Shown here piece by piece: positions 9,975-19,864 of a stretch of 50,291 bases of DNA (positions within the stretch are counted from its first letter, which is position 1; each line of letters begins with the position of its first letter). The notes beneath the pieces are model-generated. The model was not told where the DNA came from and searched no databases. It saw nothing but the letters and a program-made list of their open reading frames with translations. Source of the DNA: a virus (taxonomy: Duplodnaviria > Caudoviricetes); IMG/VR virus record IMGVR_UViG_3300003877_000002, positions 1 to 50,291 of that record. One strand, 5' to 3'. The translations under genes and the position numbers were made by a program.

Positions 9975-10175
9975 TTATACTTTAGGGATAATTGTACCTC
10001 TTCGGTACTTAGCTTGTACTACTCCCATATCATCAATTAACAACGCCCACTCTATTTCATCATTTTCTTTTTCTATATTGAACTTCATAGCTCTCCAAAA
10101 ACCTATATCCCTAGCCCATTCTCTTTTATAAATAAAACCCCTCATATTCTTTTCTACACTTACATATCCAGACAT
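9975..10175 (-). CDS. hypothetical protein
   Basis: 66-aa ORF in the operon. Confidence 0.5.
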   Translation of the reverse strand: MSGYVSVEKNMRGFIYKREWARDIGFWRAMKFNIEKENDEIEWALLIDDMGVVQAKYRRGTIIPKV

Positions 10176-10975
10176 TTCTTTAACTCCTCTTCTGGTAAAT
10201 CTTTAGGATCTGCTTCTAGAGATCTAACTTCAAATTTCTTGAAGTAGAACCCAAACTTCTTCTTATATCTGAAGGCCTTATCTGTAGCATCTGGATCTAG
10301 TAAGACCACAATACTGTCAGTATGTTCCCTCAGCTCTCTAATTCTTTCATTATTTAGGTGTGTACCAAGTAAGGCCACAGTCCTAGAGTACCTTAGACAT
10401 CTAATCGCTGATAGTACGTCCTCAACCAGAGCAATCTGTCCTTTTCTTTCTGTGAGAGGGTAATGGAGCCCTGTAGTCCTCTTAGTGAAGAATGTAAGGC
10501 TTTTAGTACCAGCTTTTCCTCGAAAGTTAAGCTTCTTCGTGATTCCTCCAAATACTTCACCTCTTGCTGTAAAGCACGGCATATAGAGACTATTGTACTT
10601 TCTGTCGTATCTGAACCCTTGTTCATGGAGTTCCTCCTCAGTCAGGGTGTACTTTGTTGATAGTTCCTCAAGTATCTCTTTGGGTAGGAGTTCTAACTCT
10701 CCACTAAACTCACGAGGAACAAATTGTTTCTTCTTTTTCCTACCTTCTCCATTCAGGAGAATACTTCCCGGTACAGAACTGATGAAGCCTCTGGCTCCAC
10801 AGGAGGCTCTGTAACAGTTGTACAGGAGTCCCTCATCAATCCTTGTCAGAGACATCTTCATCTCGTGAGGTACTCTACAGAAAGGACAGAGAGTATTTAG
10901 GCTGTCCCCTACCTCAAGGGACAGGGCAGCCTCTTTAAGTACTTCTTCAGACAGTAGTCTGTCGCTGTGTTTCAT
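10160..10975 (-). CDS. DNA primase (Zn finger + TOPRIM)
   Basis: CPFC..H..CYRASC; VEDVLSA, LLGT, LLDPDA. Confidence 0.9.
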   Translation of the reverse strand: MKHSDRLLSEEVLKEAALSLEVGDSLNTLCPFCRVPHEMKMSLTRIDEGLLYNCYRASCGARGFISSVPGSILLNGEGRKKKKQFVPREFSGELELLPKEILEELSTKYTLTEEELHEQGFRYDRKYNSLYMPCFTARGEVFGGITKKLNFRGKAGTKSLTFFTKRTTGLHYPLTERKGQIALVEDVLSAIRCLRYSRTVALLGTHLNNERIRELREHTDSIVVLLDPDATDKAFRYKKKFGFYFKKFEVRSLEADPKDLPEEELKKCLDM

Positions 10976-11130
10976 TATTTCTTAGTAAATAATAGTGTTT
11001 CACAAGATGTACAACGATAGGCATCTTGTGTCGCAGTTCCTTTGTGTGTTTTATTAGCTACTCTTTTACTAGTACCATACTTTTTATCCTGATAGGAATT
11101 GGTACAATTGCATGTTAATATTTTACTCAT
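10975..11130 (-). CDS. 51-aa putative Zn-binding protein (not in ORF track)
   Basis: MSKILTCNC...YRCTSC; AGGAG RBS; TAATG overlap with primase. Confidence 0.75.
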   Translation of the reverse strand: MSKILTCNCTNSYQDKKYGTSKRVANKTHKGTATQDAYRCTSCETLLFTKK

Positions 11131-11187
11131 TTTATTACACTCCTTGAAGATTAGATCTCCAATTTAAAAAATTATACTTTTTCAATT

Positions 11188-11210
11188 GCTGTCCCTTTAA
11201 GGGGGACAGC
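11188..11210. other. GC-rich hairpin in the leader of the replication operon
   Basis: GCTGTCCC-N7-GGGACAGC. Confidence 0.6.
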
Positions 11211-11247
11211 TTGTAAGTTAAGTTTAACTGGTAATTAAAAGTATGAT

Positions 11248-11276
11248 TTAGACACCAGCTTTTATGTATTGTTCAA
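11248..11276 (-). promoter_or_regulatory. ECF (sigmaE/AlgU-like) promoter for replication genes
   Basis: TTGAAC-N17-GTCTAA, same elements and spacing as 24233-24261. Confidence 0.65.
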
Positions 11277-11299
11277 CTTATTTATCTATTACTTTAGTA

Positions 11300-11572
11300 C
11301 TAACTACACCATCCACAAGAACCAAAACTAAGTCCTTCCTCTAATTTCTCTATAACTTTTCTATACTCTTCTTCAGTTATACTATATTTATCTAGTATAG
11401 TTACAGTTGAGGGTTTGCCTATAAATGTCATATCACCACAACAGTAGTCTTTCGCGAACTCACTACCTAAATCAACATTACTTCCAAAATCATCACTATC
11501 TGCGATAACAGTATTTATTGTAAATACTTCTGTTGTACACAAACAGCTAAATACCTTTAATTCAAGTTTCAT
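11300..11572 (-). CDS. hypothetical Cys-rich protein
   Basis: CLC, CC and terminal CGWC. Confidence 0.65.
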   Translation of the reverse strand: MKLELKVFSCLCTTEVFTINTVIADSDDFGSNVDLGSEFAKDYCCGDMTFIGKPSTVTILDKYSITEEEYRKVIEKLEEGLSFGSCGWCS

Positions 11573-11579
11573 ATATCTC

Positions 11580-12815
11580 TTATCCTTTAATATTAATTAG
11601 GGGACTAATGTAAGCAACTACTTCTACTAAATCTCTCTGCAAGTTCATGACTTCAAAGATATTCTTATAGGCTCCGGGTGACTCATCTAGTGTATCTTCT
11701 ATAACTAGAGCTTGTACATCTGCCATAGTTCTTTGGAAAAAATTAAAATCTAAGTCTCGTTTAGCCTGCTTGCGACTCATTACACGACCAGCTCCATGAG
11801 AACTTGACCAGAGAGATAGGGGATTGCCCTTACCTTTTACGATAAATGAGCCATCTCGCATATTACCGGGAATTACTCCCAGCATACCTTCTTCCGCGTG
11901 TGTGGCACCCTTACGGTGAATCCACAGACCATTACGTTCTACAGCATGATTATGGTTGCGATTGATTAATTCATCGAAGCTAGGTTCCCAGTCTACACAC
12001 CCAAGTACATGACTAATAATATTAATAGTTCGTATCATCATTGTTTTACGATTCTCAAGGGCATACTCTAGACACCAGTTCATATCCTGAATATAGTTCT
12101 TACCTTCCTGTGATTCTACTTTAAAGTTATAGTGTCCTTCTTTAGGACGTGCTCTACCCATTCGCTTATTTACCCAATTACTCTTTAACTTTTCGTAGCG
12201 ATCAGGGTTGTATTTAAGTACATCCTTATGTCCTTCATCAAATTCATCTTCAAGTATACCTCGATCACTAGAGGCTAGTGTCATATAATGTGTAGCAATC
12301 GCGTGTCCTACACCTCGGCTACCTGAGTGTATTACAACCCATACATTAGCTCCGCCGTCTACACCAATCTCAATAAAGTGGTTGCCTCCACCTAGAGAAC
12401 ATAGAGCTCTGTTCCAGTTTTTAAGGGCTGCGATTTCCTTACCACGATTAGTCAATCCTGCTATAGGATATACATTTCTTTTAGGATCATGGGCTTTACT
12501 AATATGGAACCCTACAGGAATACGCGTATAGATCAGATCAAAGATTTCTTTACTATGTTTAATTATTTGCTTAGGATCAATACCCTCTAATTTCAAGGCA
12601 CACATACCGCAACCAATATCATAACCTACCCAAGCAGGTACTACTACACCATCAGTAGCTACTACAGCTCCAATGGGTAGAGAGTAGCCTGTATGAGCAT
12701 CTGGCATAAGAGCACCAGCTACTACAAAGTCTTGTGCCATAGCACTATTGAATTGTTCTAGTGCAGTGTCTTCAAGTATCTCTGCAAAGATATTAACTTG
12801 TTTTTCTGTTTTCAT
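11580..12815 (-). CDS. rtcB: RtcB family RNA ligase
   Basis: MPDAH, GYDIGCG, GGGNHFIE, HSGSRG, NHNH, HRKGAT, HGAGR, DESPGAYK. Confidence 0.96.
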   Translation of the reverse strand: MKTEKQVNIFAEILEDTALEQFNSAMAQDFVVAGALMPDAHTGYSLPIGAVVATDGVVVPAWVGYDIGCGMCALKLEGIDPKQIIKHSKEIFDLIYTRIPVGFHISKAHDPKRNVYPIAGLTNRGKEIAALKNWNRALCSLGGGNHFIEIGVDGGANVWVVIHSGSRGVGHAIATHYMTLASSDRGILEDEFDEGHKDVLKYNPDRYEKLKSNWVNKRMGRARPKEGHYNFKVESQEGKNYIQDMNWCLEYALENRKTMMIRTINIISHVLGCVDWEPSFDELINRNHNHAVERNGLWIHRKGATHAEEGMLGVIPGNMRDGSFIVKGKGNPLSLWSSSHGAGRVMSRKQAKRDLDFNFFQRTMADVQALVIEDTLDESPGAYKNIFEVMNLQRDLVEVVAYISPLINIKG

Positions 12816-12816
12816 G

Positions 12817-13173
12817 TCACCATTCTCCGTCTTCGATTACTTCATATTTATTATATTCTGCTGGATAGTTTAAGTAGTACATCCAAACATCTGCTTCCTT
12901 ATTTCCAAGTTGTATAGTAAATTTCTCTCTGTTGTAGAATGTTGGGAAGCCCTCAAGCATATCCAACCTGTCCAATTTCTCTACTTTATAGACCTCTCCT
13001 TTAATCGTAGAAGTAGGTATATCCTTTAAGACACCGGGGAAGCCACCTAAACTAACCATAGTATATTTATTGCTAGTATAAGCATTACTTATGAACTTAG
13101 AATCTACACCTAAAACAGAGTGATTAGAATAGTCCTTCTTTAAAGATCCATAAACAAACACTAGTTCACACAT
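12817..13173 (-). CDS. gamma-glutamylcyclotransferase (AIG2-like)
   Basis: VFVYGSLK, GEVY, LDMLEG. Confidence 0.92.
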   Translation of the reverse strand: MCELVFVYGSLKKDYSNHSVLGVDSKFISNAYTSNKYTMVSLGGFPGVLKDIPTSTIKGEVYKVEKLDRLDMLEGFPTFYNREKFTIQLGNKEADVWMYYLNYPAEYNKYEVIEDGEW

Positions 13174-13972
13174 TATTCAACACCTTATCTAGTAGACACA
13201 AGTTAGCCTCGTGATAATATTCTTTTGACACATCTTTACTCTTACAAAGAAGATCATTTGTAAAACTTTGAATACCAGTATCATCATGTATTTTACTAGT
13301 AAATACATACTTCTTACAATCTCCTATAGATCTAAATTGCTCAACAAAAGGATTCTCCATAAATTTAGAGAATTGTTTATAGTTTTTACTTATTGTATAT
13401 AAGATACCATAATCAGTTCCAGAATTATGTTGAGCTATGAATTTATTGATACCTCCTTCAAGGGTATCAGTATAATCATATTTCTCTACTCCATAGAAAG
13501 CACAGCGTAATAGTAGAGTAAATAGAGACATTACAGGAGCATTATTTAAGAATATTCTAGGGAAGGTTACAATATAATTATATTTTCCTGTTATACTAGT
13601 GCCTATATCTCCGAAGACTACTTTAGTTTCTTCTATACGGAAATAACTACCTGTCTCTTCACAAAATAAATCAAGTAAATGCAGATCTTTAAGCTCTTCA
13701 TCAAAAGTAAGTAACATTTTAATCTCAGAAGCATTGTACATACTCTGAGAATAGTCCCAAGTAAATCCATATATCTCAAATGGATAAGCACCATTAGTAT
13801 TTTGGTGATATACTACGTCGTTAAAATAGTCACGGCACTTAACTAGTGGCATTACATTCTTGTAGGTATCTGTACCATTAACTTTTTGTAACAGAGCGAA
13901 TCTGACTGCTTTAGTCTGGCTATTCTCAGTAAGACCAAGCCTACCTTGGCTATATAGTTTTACAGTATCCAT
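13166..13972 (-). CDS. hypothetical protein in the amidoligase cluster
   Basis: 268 aa, overlapping both neighbours. Confidence 0.75.
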   Translation of the reverse strand: MDTVKLYSQGRLGLTENSQTKAVRFALLQKVNGTDTYKNVMPLVKCRDYFNDVVYHQNTNGAYPFEIYGFTWDYSQSMYNASEIKMLLTFDEELKDLHLLDLFCEETGSYFRIEETKVVFGDIGTSITGKYNYIVTFPRIFLNNAPVMSLFTLLLRCAFYGVEKYDYTDTLEGGINKFIAQHNSGTDYGILYTISKNYKQFSKFMENPFVEQFRSIGDCKKYVFTSKIHDDTGIQSFTNDLLCKSKDVSKEYYHEANLCLLDKVLNNV

Positions 13973-14817
13973 TATTTATGTTTCTCCATATAAGTTTCAA
14001 TTGCTTTTATGTAGGCATTAAAGGTAGTAGGACTTGACATTCCCGGTGCTGAGTTGACTTCACATACTAGAGCTTCTAGAAGCATTCCATTATCACTGTA
14101 CTTAGCTAAAATATCTACGCCACAATAATCTGCACCTACTGCTTCTGCTGCTTGTATACCGATTTCTTCAATGGTACCTCGACTAGGTAGACCTCCATCA
14201 CAAATTAGATCCTTGTGTGCAAATACCCATCCCTTCTTATGGTTACGTGTAAGCTCATCTACTTCTTTAATACCTCTTTCAGCACGTTTTTTAGATCCCA
14301 TTCGCTTCTTCTGTATTAGATCAATGGCTACTCCATCGAATACATGTACTCGAAATTCATGTGTCTTATCGAAGAATTTTGTATATAGAGGAGCTGAAAC
14401 AAGATCACCTTTATTTTCTACTAACTCAATACCTTTACCTTGTTTTCCATTAAGGATGTGACGTATAATTACTTTATCTCCATTATCGATCCATATTCTT
14501 GCATCAGCACGTACAGTGGACATAGCTAAACAAGGCACTTCTTTTGTTGATAGTAGCTTAAGAGTAGTTAGCTTATTGACGCAATTACCTACGGCACTAG
14601 GAGAGTTGATCATCTTAACTCCGCGTACTGCTGCATCTTCCCACCAGATAGGTAGCTGGCTACGGCCATAGTTAAATACAAATGAGTTATCCTTTACTTT
14701 AATGTTAGGACGATAACCACATGTTACTTGGTTTGCATTAAAATGGTTAGCAAGCTTACGACCTACTCCCGGTACATCCTTACGTACACGCAAGATATTT
14801 AGTTTTTCATTGAACAT
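13972..14817 (-). CDS. ATP-grasp (RimK-like) ligase
   Basis: NKLTT, QGKGI, EFRVHV, GVDIL, EVNSAPG. Confidence 0.9.
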   Translation of the reverse strand: MFNEKLNILRVRKDVPGVGRKLANHFNANQVTCGYRPNIKVKDNSFVFNYGRSQLPIWWEDAAVRGVKMINSPSAVGNCVNKLTTLKLLSTKEVPCLAMSTVRADARIWIDNGDKVIIRHILNGKQGKGIELVENKGDLVSAPLYTKFFDKTHEFRVHVFDGVAIDLIQKKRMGSKKRAERGIKEVDELTRNHKKGWVFAHKDLICDGGLPSRGTIEEIGIQAAEAVGADYCGVDILAKYSDNGMLLEALVCEVNSAPGMSSPTTFNAYIKAIETYMEKHK

Positions 14818-14832
14818 TATTTTTACTTCTCC

Positions 14833-16152
14833 TTAGTCAGAATAAAGTTTTTCAGCACAGTCATAGCAGATTGGGTCATCTTGTAGACTCCAATCAAGAT
14901 CTTCTGCATCATCAACAGAGAGATTACAGCTACAAAAAGAACAACCTCTCTTAATTAGTTTCTCATACTCCTCTTCAGTTATATTTTTACCATCTGGCCC
15001 AAGTACCATTTTAATCACGTTATTGTCTTCTTCCTCTGGAGCTGGTAGTTCCTTTACTACGTGTAGTTTAATAGAATCTCCTTTGAGTACCAGTTCATAT
15101 CCACCAGTCAGCTTATAGGCTCGTTCAGCTACACCAGTAAGGTTAGTAGTTTCTGTAAGTATACCGTCTTTCTCTAGATCAGACAGCTTAACATTATACG
15201 CTACAACTAAATCTACCACACCACTAGAGGTAATTGTTTCACCTTTAATAGTACCAAAATATCCATCAGCTTGTTCAGTATACTTAGTTACTTTAAGTTT
15301 AGAGAACATAATTACTTCATTTTTTATATAGCCTATATCTAGTAACTGTTTTTCTGCTGGTGTACTATAAGTATTATGTTTAGATTTACCATTACCTTTA
15401 CCAGTACCGTAACCACCATACCAATCGGAATCAGCCCACTTATTAGTAGGTGCTAATATATCAAAAGATTTCTTACTCTCTTCAATTTTAGTAGCTCCTA
15501 ACTTAAATGTAAAGTGTCTACCGATAGGTAATTTTTCAACCGCTTCGAGGTTATATGTTTTTGGCATAATACCACTAATCATCCAAGGCTCAGAGGCGTA
15601 GAATAAGGCTTTCCCATCAGTGGAGTAAGCAAAGTGCATAGGCCTTTCATCGTTTCTAGCCATATGTAGTGTGTGGTCTGTAGAGTCATACCATACTAAA
15701 GCGTATGCCCCATCTAACTTTGGTAAAACGTCCTCTGCTCCAGCAGTTGAGAAGGCTTTACAAATAGCTTCGCTATCTGTAGGGAACTCATTTTTTAAGC
15801 CATTAAAAGAGATTAGTGTGCCATTATGTACTAGTGTTATATTACCATGTGAAAAAGGATGTGCATTTACAGCAGTCTTTTTACCCTTAGTAGCCCAGCG
15901 ATTATGACCAATTACATAATCATAAGTATCTATATTATATAGTAACTTATCTACTTTAGCCATGTTAATAAAATCATATCCTGCCATAGCTTTCTTATAT
16001 AGAAGAATATCTTTAGAGGCTTTTACTAACGCTAGACCTGTGCTGTCCTCACCTCTGATTGTATCTACATATAGAGCCTTCTCTAACCAAGCTCTGCGAG
16101 CTGTCCAGTTGACAGATTTTTCCATTGAGATCATTCCTACAATTCCACAAAT
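14833..16152 (-). CDS. class II (Ntn) glutamine amidotransferase, probable AUU start
   Basis: The frame extends upstream of the track ORF to ATT-TGT-GGA-ATT-GTA-GGA (CGIVG); RGEDSTG, GHNRWAT, NAHPF, HNGT, TDSE. Confidence 0.92.
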   Translation of the reverse strand: MCGIVGMISMEKSVNWTARRAWLEKALYVDTIRGEDSTGLALVKASKDILLYKKAMAGYDFINMAKVDKLLYNIDTYDYVIGHNRWATKGKKTAVNAHPFSHGNITLVHNGTLISFNGLKNEFPTDSEAICKAFSTAGAEDVLPKLDGAYALVWYDSTDHTLHMARNDERPMHFAYSTDGKALFYASEPWMISGIMPKTYNLEAVEKLPIGRHFTFKLGATKIEESKKSFDILAPTNKWADSDWYGGYGTGKGNGKSKHNTYSTPAEKQLLDIGYIKNEVIMFSKLKVTKYTEQADGYFGTIKGETITSSGVVDLVVAYNVKLSDLEKDGILTETTNLTGVAERAYKLTGGYELVLKGDSIKLHVVKELPAPEEEDNNVIKMVLGPDGKNITEEEYEKLIKRGCSFCSCNLSVDDAEDLDWSLQDDPICYDCAEKLYSD

Positions 16153-16224
16153 TTTCTCATCTCCTAGACTAATAAATTAGTCTGTTAGTTTACCCATTTC
16201 CAATGGGTGTGGGTTACAGTACTA

Positions 16225-17145
16225 CTACTTTTTCTCATATTCAGATAAAATTTTAAATACATCCCATTCCGCCATTTGTATCTCTGTTGGGTGTGTTAGT
16301 TCTCTAACTAACAATAGAGCCTCCTTCATATTACTCCTCAGTTTATAATTAAAATCAATTACTGTATTATCAGGTAAGACTCTTTTTACAAAAGACTCTA
16401 AACCAAATTTGTGTATATCTTTTAGTATATCTTTAGGATCTTCATATGCTATAGCTGTTTCATATATACTTATAAGTATATTTATCCATGCCTTAAGCTT
16501 TACTGTGCTGTAACACCCTTGTAGCATTCTATATTCTATAGAGCCAAACTTACGCAATGCTGCAAAGTTTATACCCGCATATCTATAACCGTCACTAAAT
16601 TTCTGCATCATTTCATAAGATACATTGAAGGATAAATCTTTACTTTGTATATTAGTGCGTATATTATGTATTACTTCTTGTTTATCTGTTATTGGCAGAG
16701 AGAAAGGAGATAGAGATCTATACTTTCTACAGTAAGCAAATAATACAGGCTCCATAAAAAGAGATAAGAGTATAAAATTAGTAAGTTTATTTGTATCCAA
16801 AGATCTAACATCGACATGTACGTGTGTACTTGTCCTATAGCTGATTATTGGAGTTAGATCATTACTTATAATATAGTTCTCTAACTCAGTAAGTGCTTTG
16901 ATAGTATCAAAAGTACCTAATGGTAAAGAAAACCTAGCTTCTACTGCATCATCTCCGCGTAAAGAGTCGTCATAAGTGAATGCCCAATAGATACTAGTAT
17001 CACTAAGTTCTTTGATAGGACAATTTTCTAATTCAATTTCTATACCTAATAGAACATCGGAAGGAACTAATTCAGTAGAAGTCTTAAAGCTTCTAGGATC
17101 TGCTTGGTGGCTTGTAAGGTTTACAACTGGTACATTTTTATACAT
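16225..17145 (-). CDS. putative amidoligase (COOH-NH2 ligase fold)
   Basis: GIEIE, DDSL, THVHV, RYAGINF, GSIEYRMLQG. Confidence 0.88.
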   Translation of the reverse strand: MYKNVPVVNLTSHQADPRSFKTSTELVPSDVLLGIEIELENCPIKELSDTSIYWAFTYDDSLRGDDAVEARFSLPLGTFDTIKALTELENYIISNDLTPIISYRTSTHVHVDVRSLDTNKLTNFILLSLFMEPVLFAYCRKYRSLSPFSLPITDKQEVIHNIRTNIQSKDLSFNVSYEMMQKFSDGYRYAGINFAALRKFGSIEYRMLQGCYSTVKLKAWINILISIYETAIAYEDPKDILKDIHKFGLESFVKRVLPDNTVIDFNYKLRSNMKEALLLVRELTHPTEIQMAEWDVFKILSEYEKK

Positions 17146-17815
17146 CTATAATCTCCACAGTTATTTGTCCATGTAATAGACAGATTAGATCTCTTTTTAG
17201 AAAAGCAAGAGACTTAGGCACTAGAAGTTTATCAACCAGTACCCCTATTAGATTATTTTTATAATAGAGTACTAAAGAGTTTTTTATCTTGCCTAAAGCT
17301 AAGTGTCTAGTTATTACTGCACTGTTAATTTTACCACTATTTATAGCAGAAATGGCTTGTTTAATAGAGTAAGTTTTATTACGTAATAGCCCATGTAAAA
17401 AATTATTATGATCAGTAGTGTACTTAACTTCCTCCTTCTCAAAAGGGTTTACTGCACTTGGGAGCTTAGTTAAGATAGTCTGCACATTATGCTTTAGTGT
17501 AAAAGATCTCTTCCATTGCTTCATATGATCAGCTTGCATATAATAAGCATCTTTTCTTAGCTGTACATAGCCTGAGTTTTTATATACAGGATAGAATTTA
17601 AGTTTAGTAAAATTTAGTACTCTGTCATATTTTTTACCATTTTTATATAAAATACCTTCCAAGAGAATATCATTACCTATTACAGGATTCTCTCTAAAAC
17701 TATAGCGTACTTCTTGTATAAAAAATAAATGCTCTCCTTTTTTATCTAGCTCTTTAATCGCTACATATGTATTTTCAAATTTTACTTGAATTTCTTTAAG
17801 TATATCTAGTTTCAT
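17138..17815 (-). CDS. hypothetical protein in the amidoligase cluster
   Basis: 225-aa basic ORF. Confidence 0.7.
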   Translation of the reverse strand: MKLDILKEIQVKFENTYVAIKELDKKGEHLFFIQEVRYSFRENPVIGNDILLEGILYKNGKKYDRVLNFTKLKFYPVYKNSGYVQLRKDAYYMQADHMKQWKRSFTLKHNVQTILTKLPSAVNPFEKEEVKYTTDHNNFLHGLLRNKTYSIKQAISAINSGKINSAVITRHLALGKIKNSLVLYYKNNLIGVLVDKLLVPKSLAFLKRDLICLLHGQITVEIIDV

Positions 17816-17859
17816 TAGAAGATAGCCTCTTCTGGTACGGTTTGTGGTGCAGTAACCAT

Positions 17860-18705
17860 TTATACTTGATCAATCATAAGGTCATCAAAATAGGAACTTT
17901 TAGGCATTCTAATCTCATTCTCCTTAATAATACTTTCAGCCATATCCTTATCGTGAGTGTCTATACACTTTCTAATCTCTTCAAAGAACTTCTTTTTATG
18001 GCTAGATACAGTAACTCTATAATCATATGCTCTATTAGCTGCTTGAAATATCCATTTCATTAGTTGTTTATTCTCAAGCCAAAAATTAGATGGTGTGCGA
18101 TACTCTACTCCATAAGGTTTAGGTCTAAAGCAACCAGCCTTGCCATAGAGACTACGTCTTTCTTTATCAGGATCTAATAGAATGGAGGGTACTCCAATAA
18201 ATAAATCACACATTAGTATAGTGTTAATCTGTTCTTTCATGTTGATAGTACTTTTAAAGCCAATGTGGATGTGACCAGCAGCAGTACGTAAGTTTTTAGC
18301 CATACCACTATTTATCTGTGTTGTCGTGTCTAAGTGCCATACGTTATAGTCTTCGTCACAGCCGAAAGCCTGTGCTTCTGGATGCAATAATAAATCTTCA
18401 CTCTCCCCTTCATAAAAATGAGAAGGCTTAATGAGATACTTCTTACCTTTAGGCTCAAGATATTGTTTATCTATAGCTTGTAGAGTCCATAGTATATTGT
18501 GTACAAAGGTAGTTGGATGTCCGGCGGGACATATGTTCAACTCACCTAAAACATTATCTCGATGCACTGATCCTTCTTCACATACTTCTACCTGCTTATC
18601 CTTAGTGCCGGGGATAATACCAATTGCAGTCTCAATTTCTTTACTCGCTATATCTTGTATGAAAAATTCTGGGTCTGCTCCAATTAAAGTACTGCTCATT
18701 AGCAA
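17860..18705 (-). CDS. phiEco32-like COOH-NH2 ligase type 2
   Basis: IGADPEFF, DNVLGE, FGCDED, RTAAGHIHIG, RRSLYGKAG, YGVEYRTPSNFW. Confidence 0.92.
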   Translation of the reverse strand: MLMSSTLIGADPEFFIQDIASKEIETAIGIIPGTKDKQVEVCEEGSVHRDNVLGELNICPAGHPTTFVHNILWTLQAIDKQYLEPKGKKYLIKPSHFYEGESEDLLLHPEAQAFGCDEDYNVWHLDTTTQINSGMAKNLRTAAGHIHIGFKSTINMKEQINTILMCDLFIGVPSILLDPDKERRSLYGKAGCFRPKPYGVEYRTPSNFWLENKQLMKWIFQAANRAYDYRVTVSSHKKKFFEEIRKCIDTHDKDMAESIIKENEIRMPKSSYFDDLMIDQV

Positions 18706-18739
18706 ATCTCCTTAATGTCAAGATTGTGGTATAGATATT

Positions 18740-19366
18740 TCATAGTAGTTTGTCCTTTAAAGTTTTAATGAAAAATTTGAATCCTTCAGAGCTTTCAGAC
18801 ATCCATTCAGGATGATATTGAAAACCTAAGCAGCGAGTAGTAGGCCAGAAGACTACCTCTGGTTCTCTCCCTGCTAATTTACTGTGAAAGTTTTTAACCT
18901 TTACTTTACCTCCTGTCTCGAATACTGTAGACTCTTTAGCCCACGCTAGGAGCTCATAGTCTCCCTTCGGATAGATCATTTGATGATGATCACCAGTAAC
19001 AGTAAGCATTTTATCGTCAGGTGTGTGGATTATATGATCACAAGAGTTGTGATTGTTTACATGTTGAATCAATACACCACGGTTCATTACATTTAAGAAT
19101 TGAGCACCACGACAAATACCTACCATAGGTAGTTCAAGTATCTTACAGTGGTTATATACTTCAAGCTCAAAGAAATCCCTACTCTTGTCTGAGTAGGTTT
19201 TGTCAATTTTATTATCGTCATAGAAGTAAGGATCTACATCAGATCCCCCAGTAAACACAACTAGATCACAGTCAGCTAATTTACTGACGTTACTAATCGG
19301 TTTACCAAGGGAAGTAAATGCATCCTTATACTTATTATTATCACCTTCAAGTACTAATATTTTCAT
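18740..19366 (-). CDS. class I glutamine amidotransferase / peptidase C26 (gamma-glutamyl hydrolase-like)
   Basis: FTGGSDVDP, GICRGAQ, QYHPE; start at 19366 after AGGAG. Confidence 0.9.
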   Translation of the reverse strand: MKILVLEGDNNKYKDAFTSLGKPISNVSKLADCDLVVFTGGSDVDPYFYDDNKIDKTYSDKSRDFFELEVYNHCKILELPMVGICRGAQFLNVMNRGVLIQHVNNHNSCDHIIHTPDDKMLTVTGDHHQMIYPKGDYELLAWAKESTVFETGGKVKVKNFHSKLAGREPEVVFWPTTRCLGFQYHPEWMSESSEGFKFFIKTLKDKLL

Positions 19367-19578
19367 CTTTCTCCTAGTCCGTATCTTTCTATATCTCTTC
19401 TGCCTACTTCTCCATTCCAACAAGCTAAACAACAGGGTAATAGAGGAGCTTTTATATCTTCTTGTGATACGTACCAAAACCCAATATCATCAGCAAAATC
19501 ATTAACGTTCCCACAGTGTCCACAAATTATTCCGTCTGGATCATCTATTTTTGCTAATTCTAAATCTTTATCAAACAT
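19363..19578 (-). CDS. small Zn-finger-like protein
   Basis: CGHC...CLAC; likely start MFDKDL. Confidence 0.55.
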   Translation of the reverse strand: MFDKDLELAKIDDPDGIICGHCGNVNDFADDIGFWYVSQEDIKAPLLPCCLACWNGEVGRRDIERYGLGER

Positions 19579-19828
19579 AGTAACCTTCTCCATATAAGTC
19601 TTTGAAAATACGATTGATTTCAGTTTGAGGTAGTTCCTTCTTAGCAAAGATCTTACCAGAAGTGCGGCATGAGTAGTGAATTGTATGCTCCTTGGTCGAT
19701 TTGTTGATAGTAATCCTTGCCCTTCTGTCCACATATTTCTTTACGTGACGAAGGATAACAAGAACAGGCCATTGAAACTTAAATGGGATATGTATCCGGG
19801 AAGCTGCAAGCTTATTTTTGTGTGACAT
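19571..19828 (-). CDS. hypothetical basic early protein
   Basis: GAGG RBS, 85 aa. Confidence 0.65.
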   Translation of the reverse strand: MSHKNKLAASRIHIPFKFQWPVLVILRHVKKYVDRRARITINKSTKEHTIHYSCRTSGKIFAKKELPQTEINRIFKDLYGEGYYV

Positions 19829-19864
19829 AGTTACCTCACTATTATTAAATTAGTTTTACTGCTT

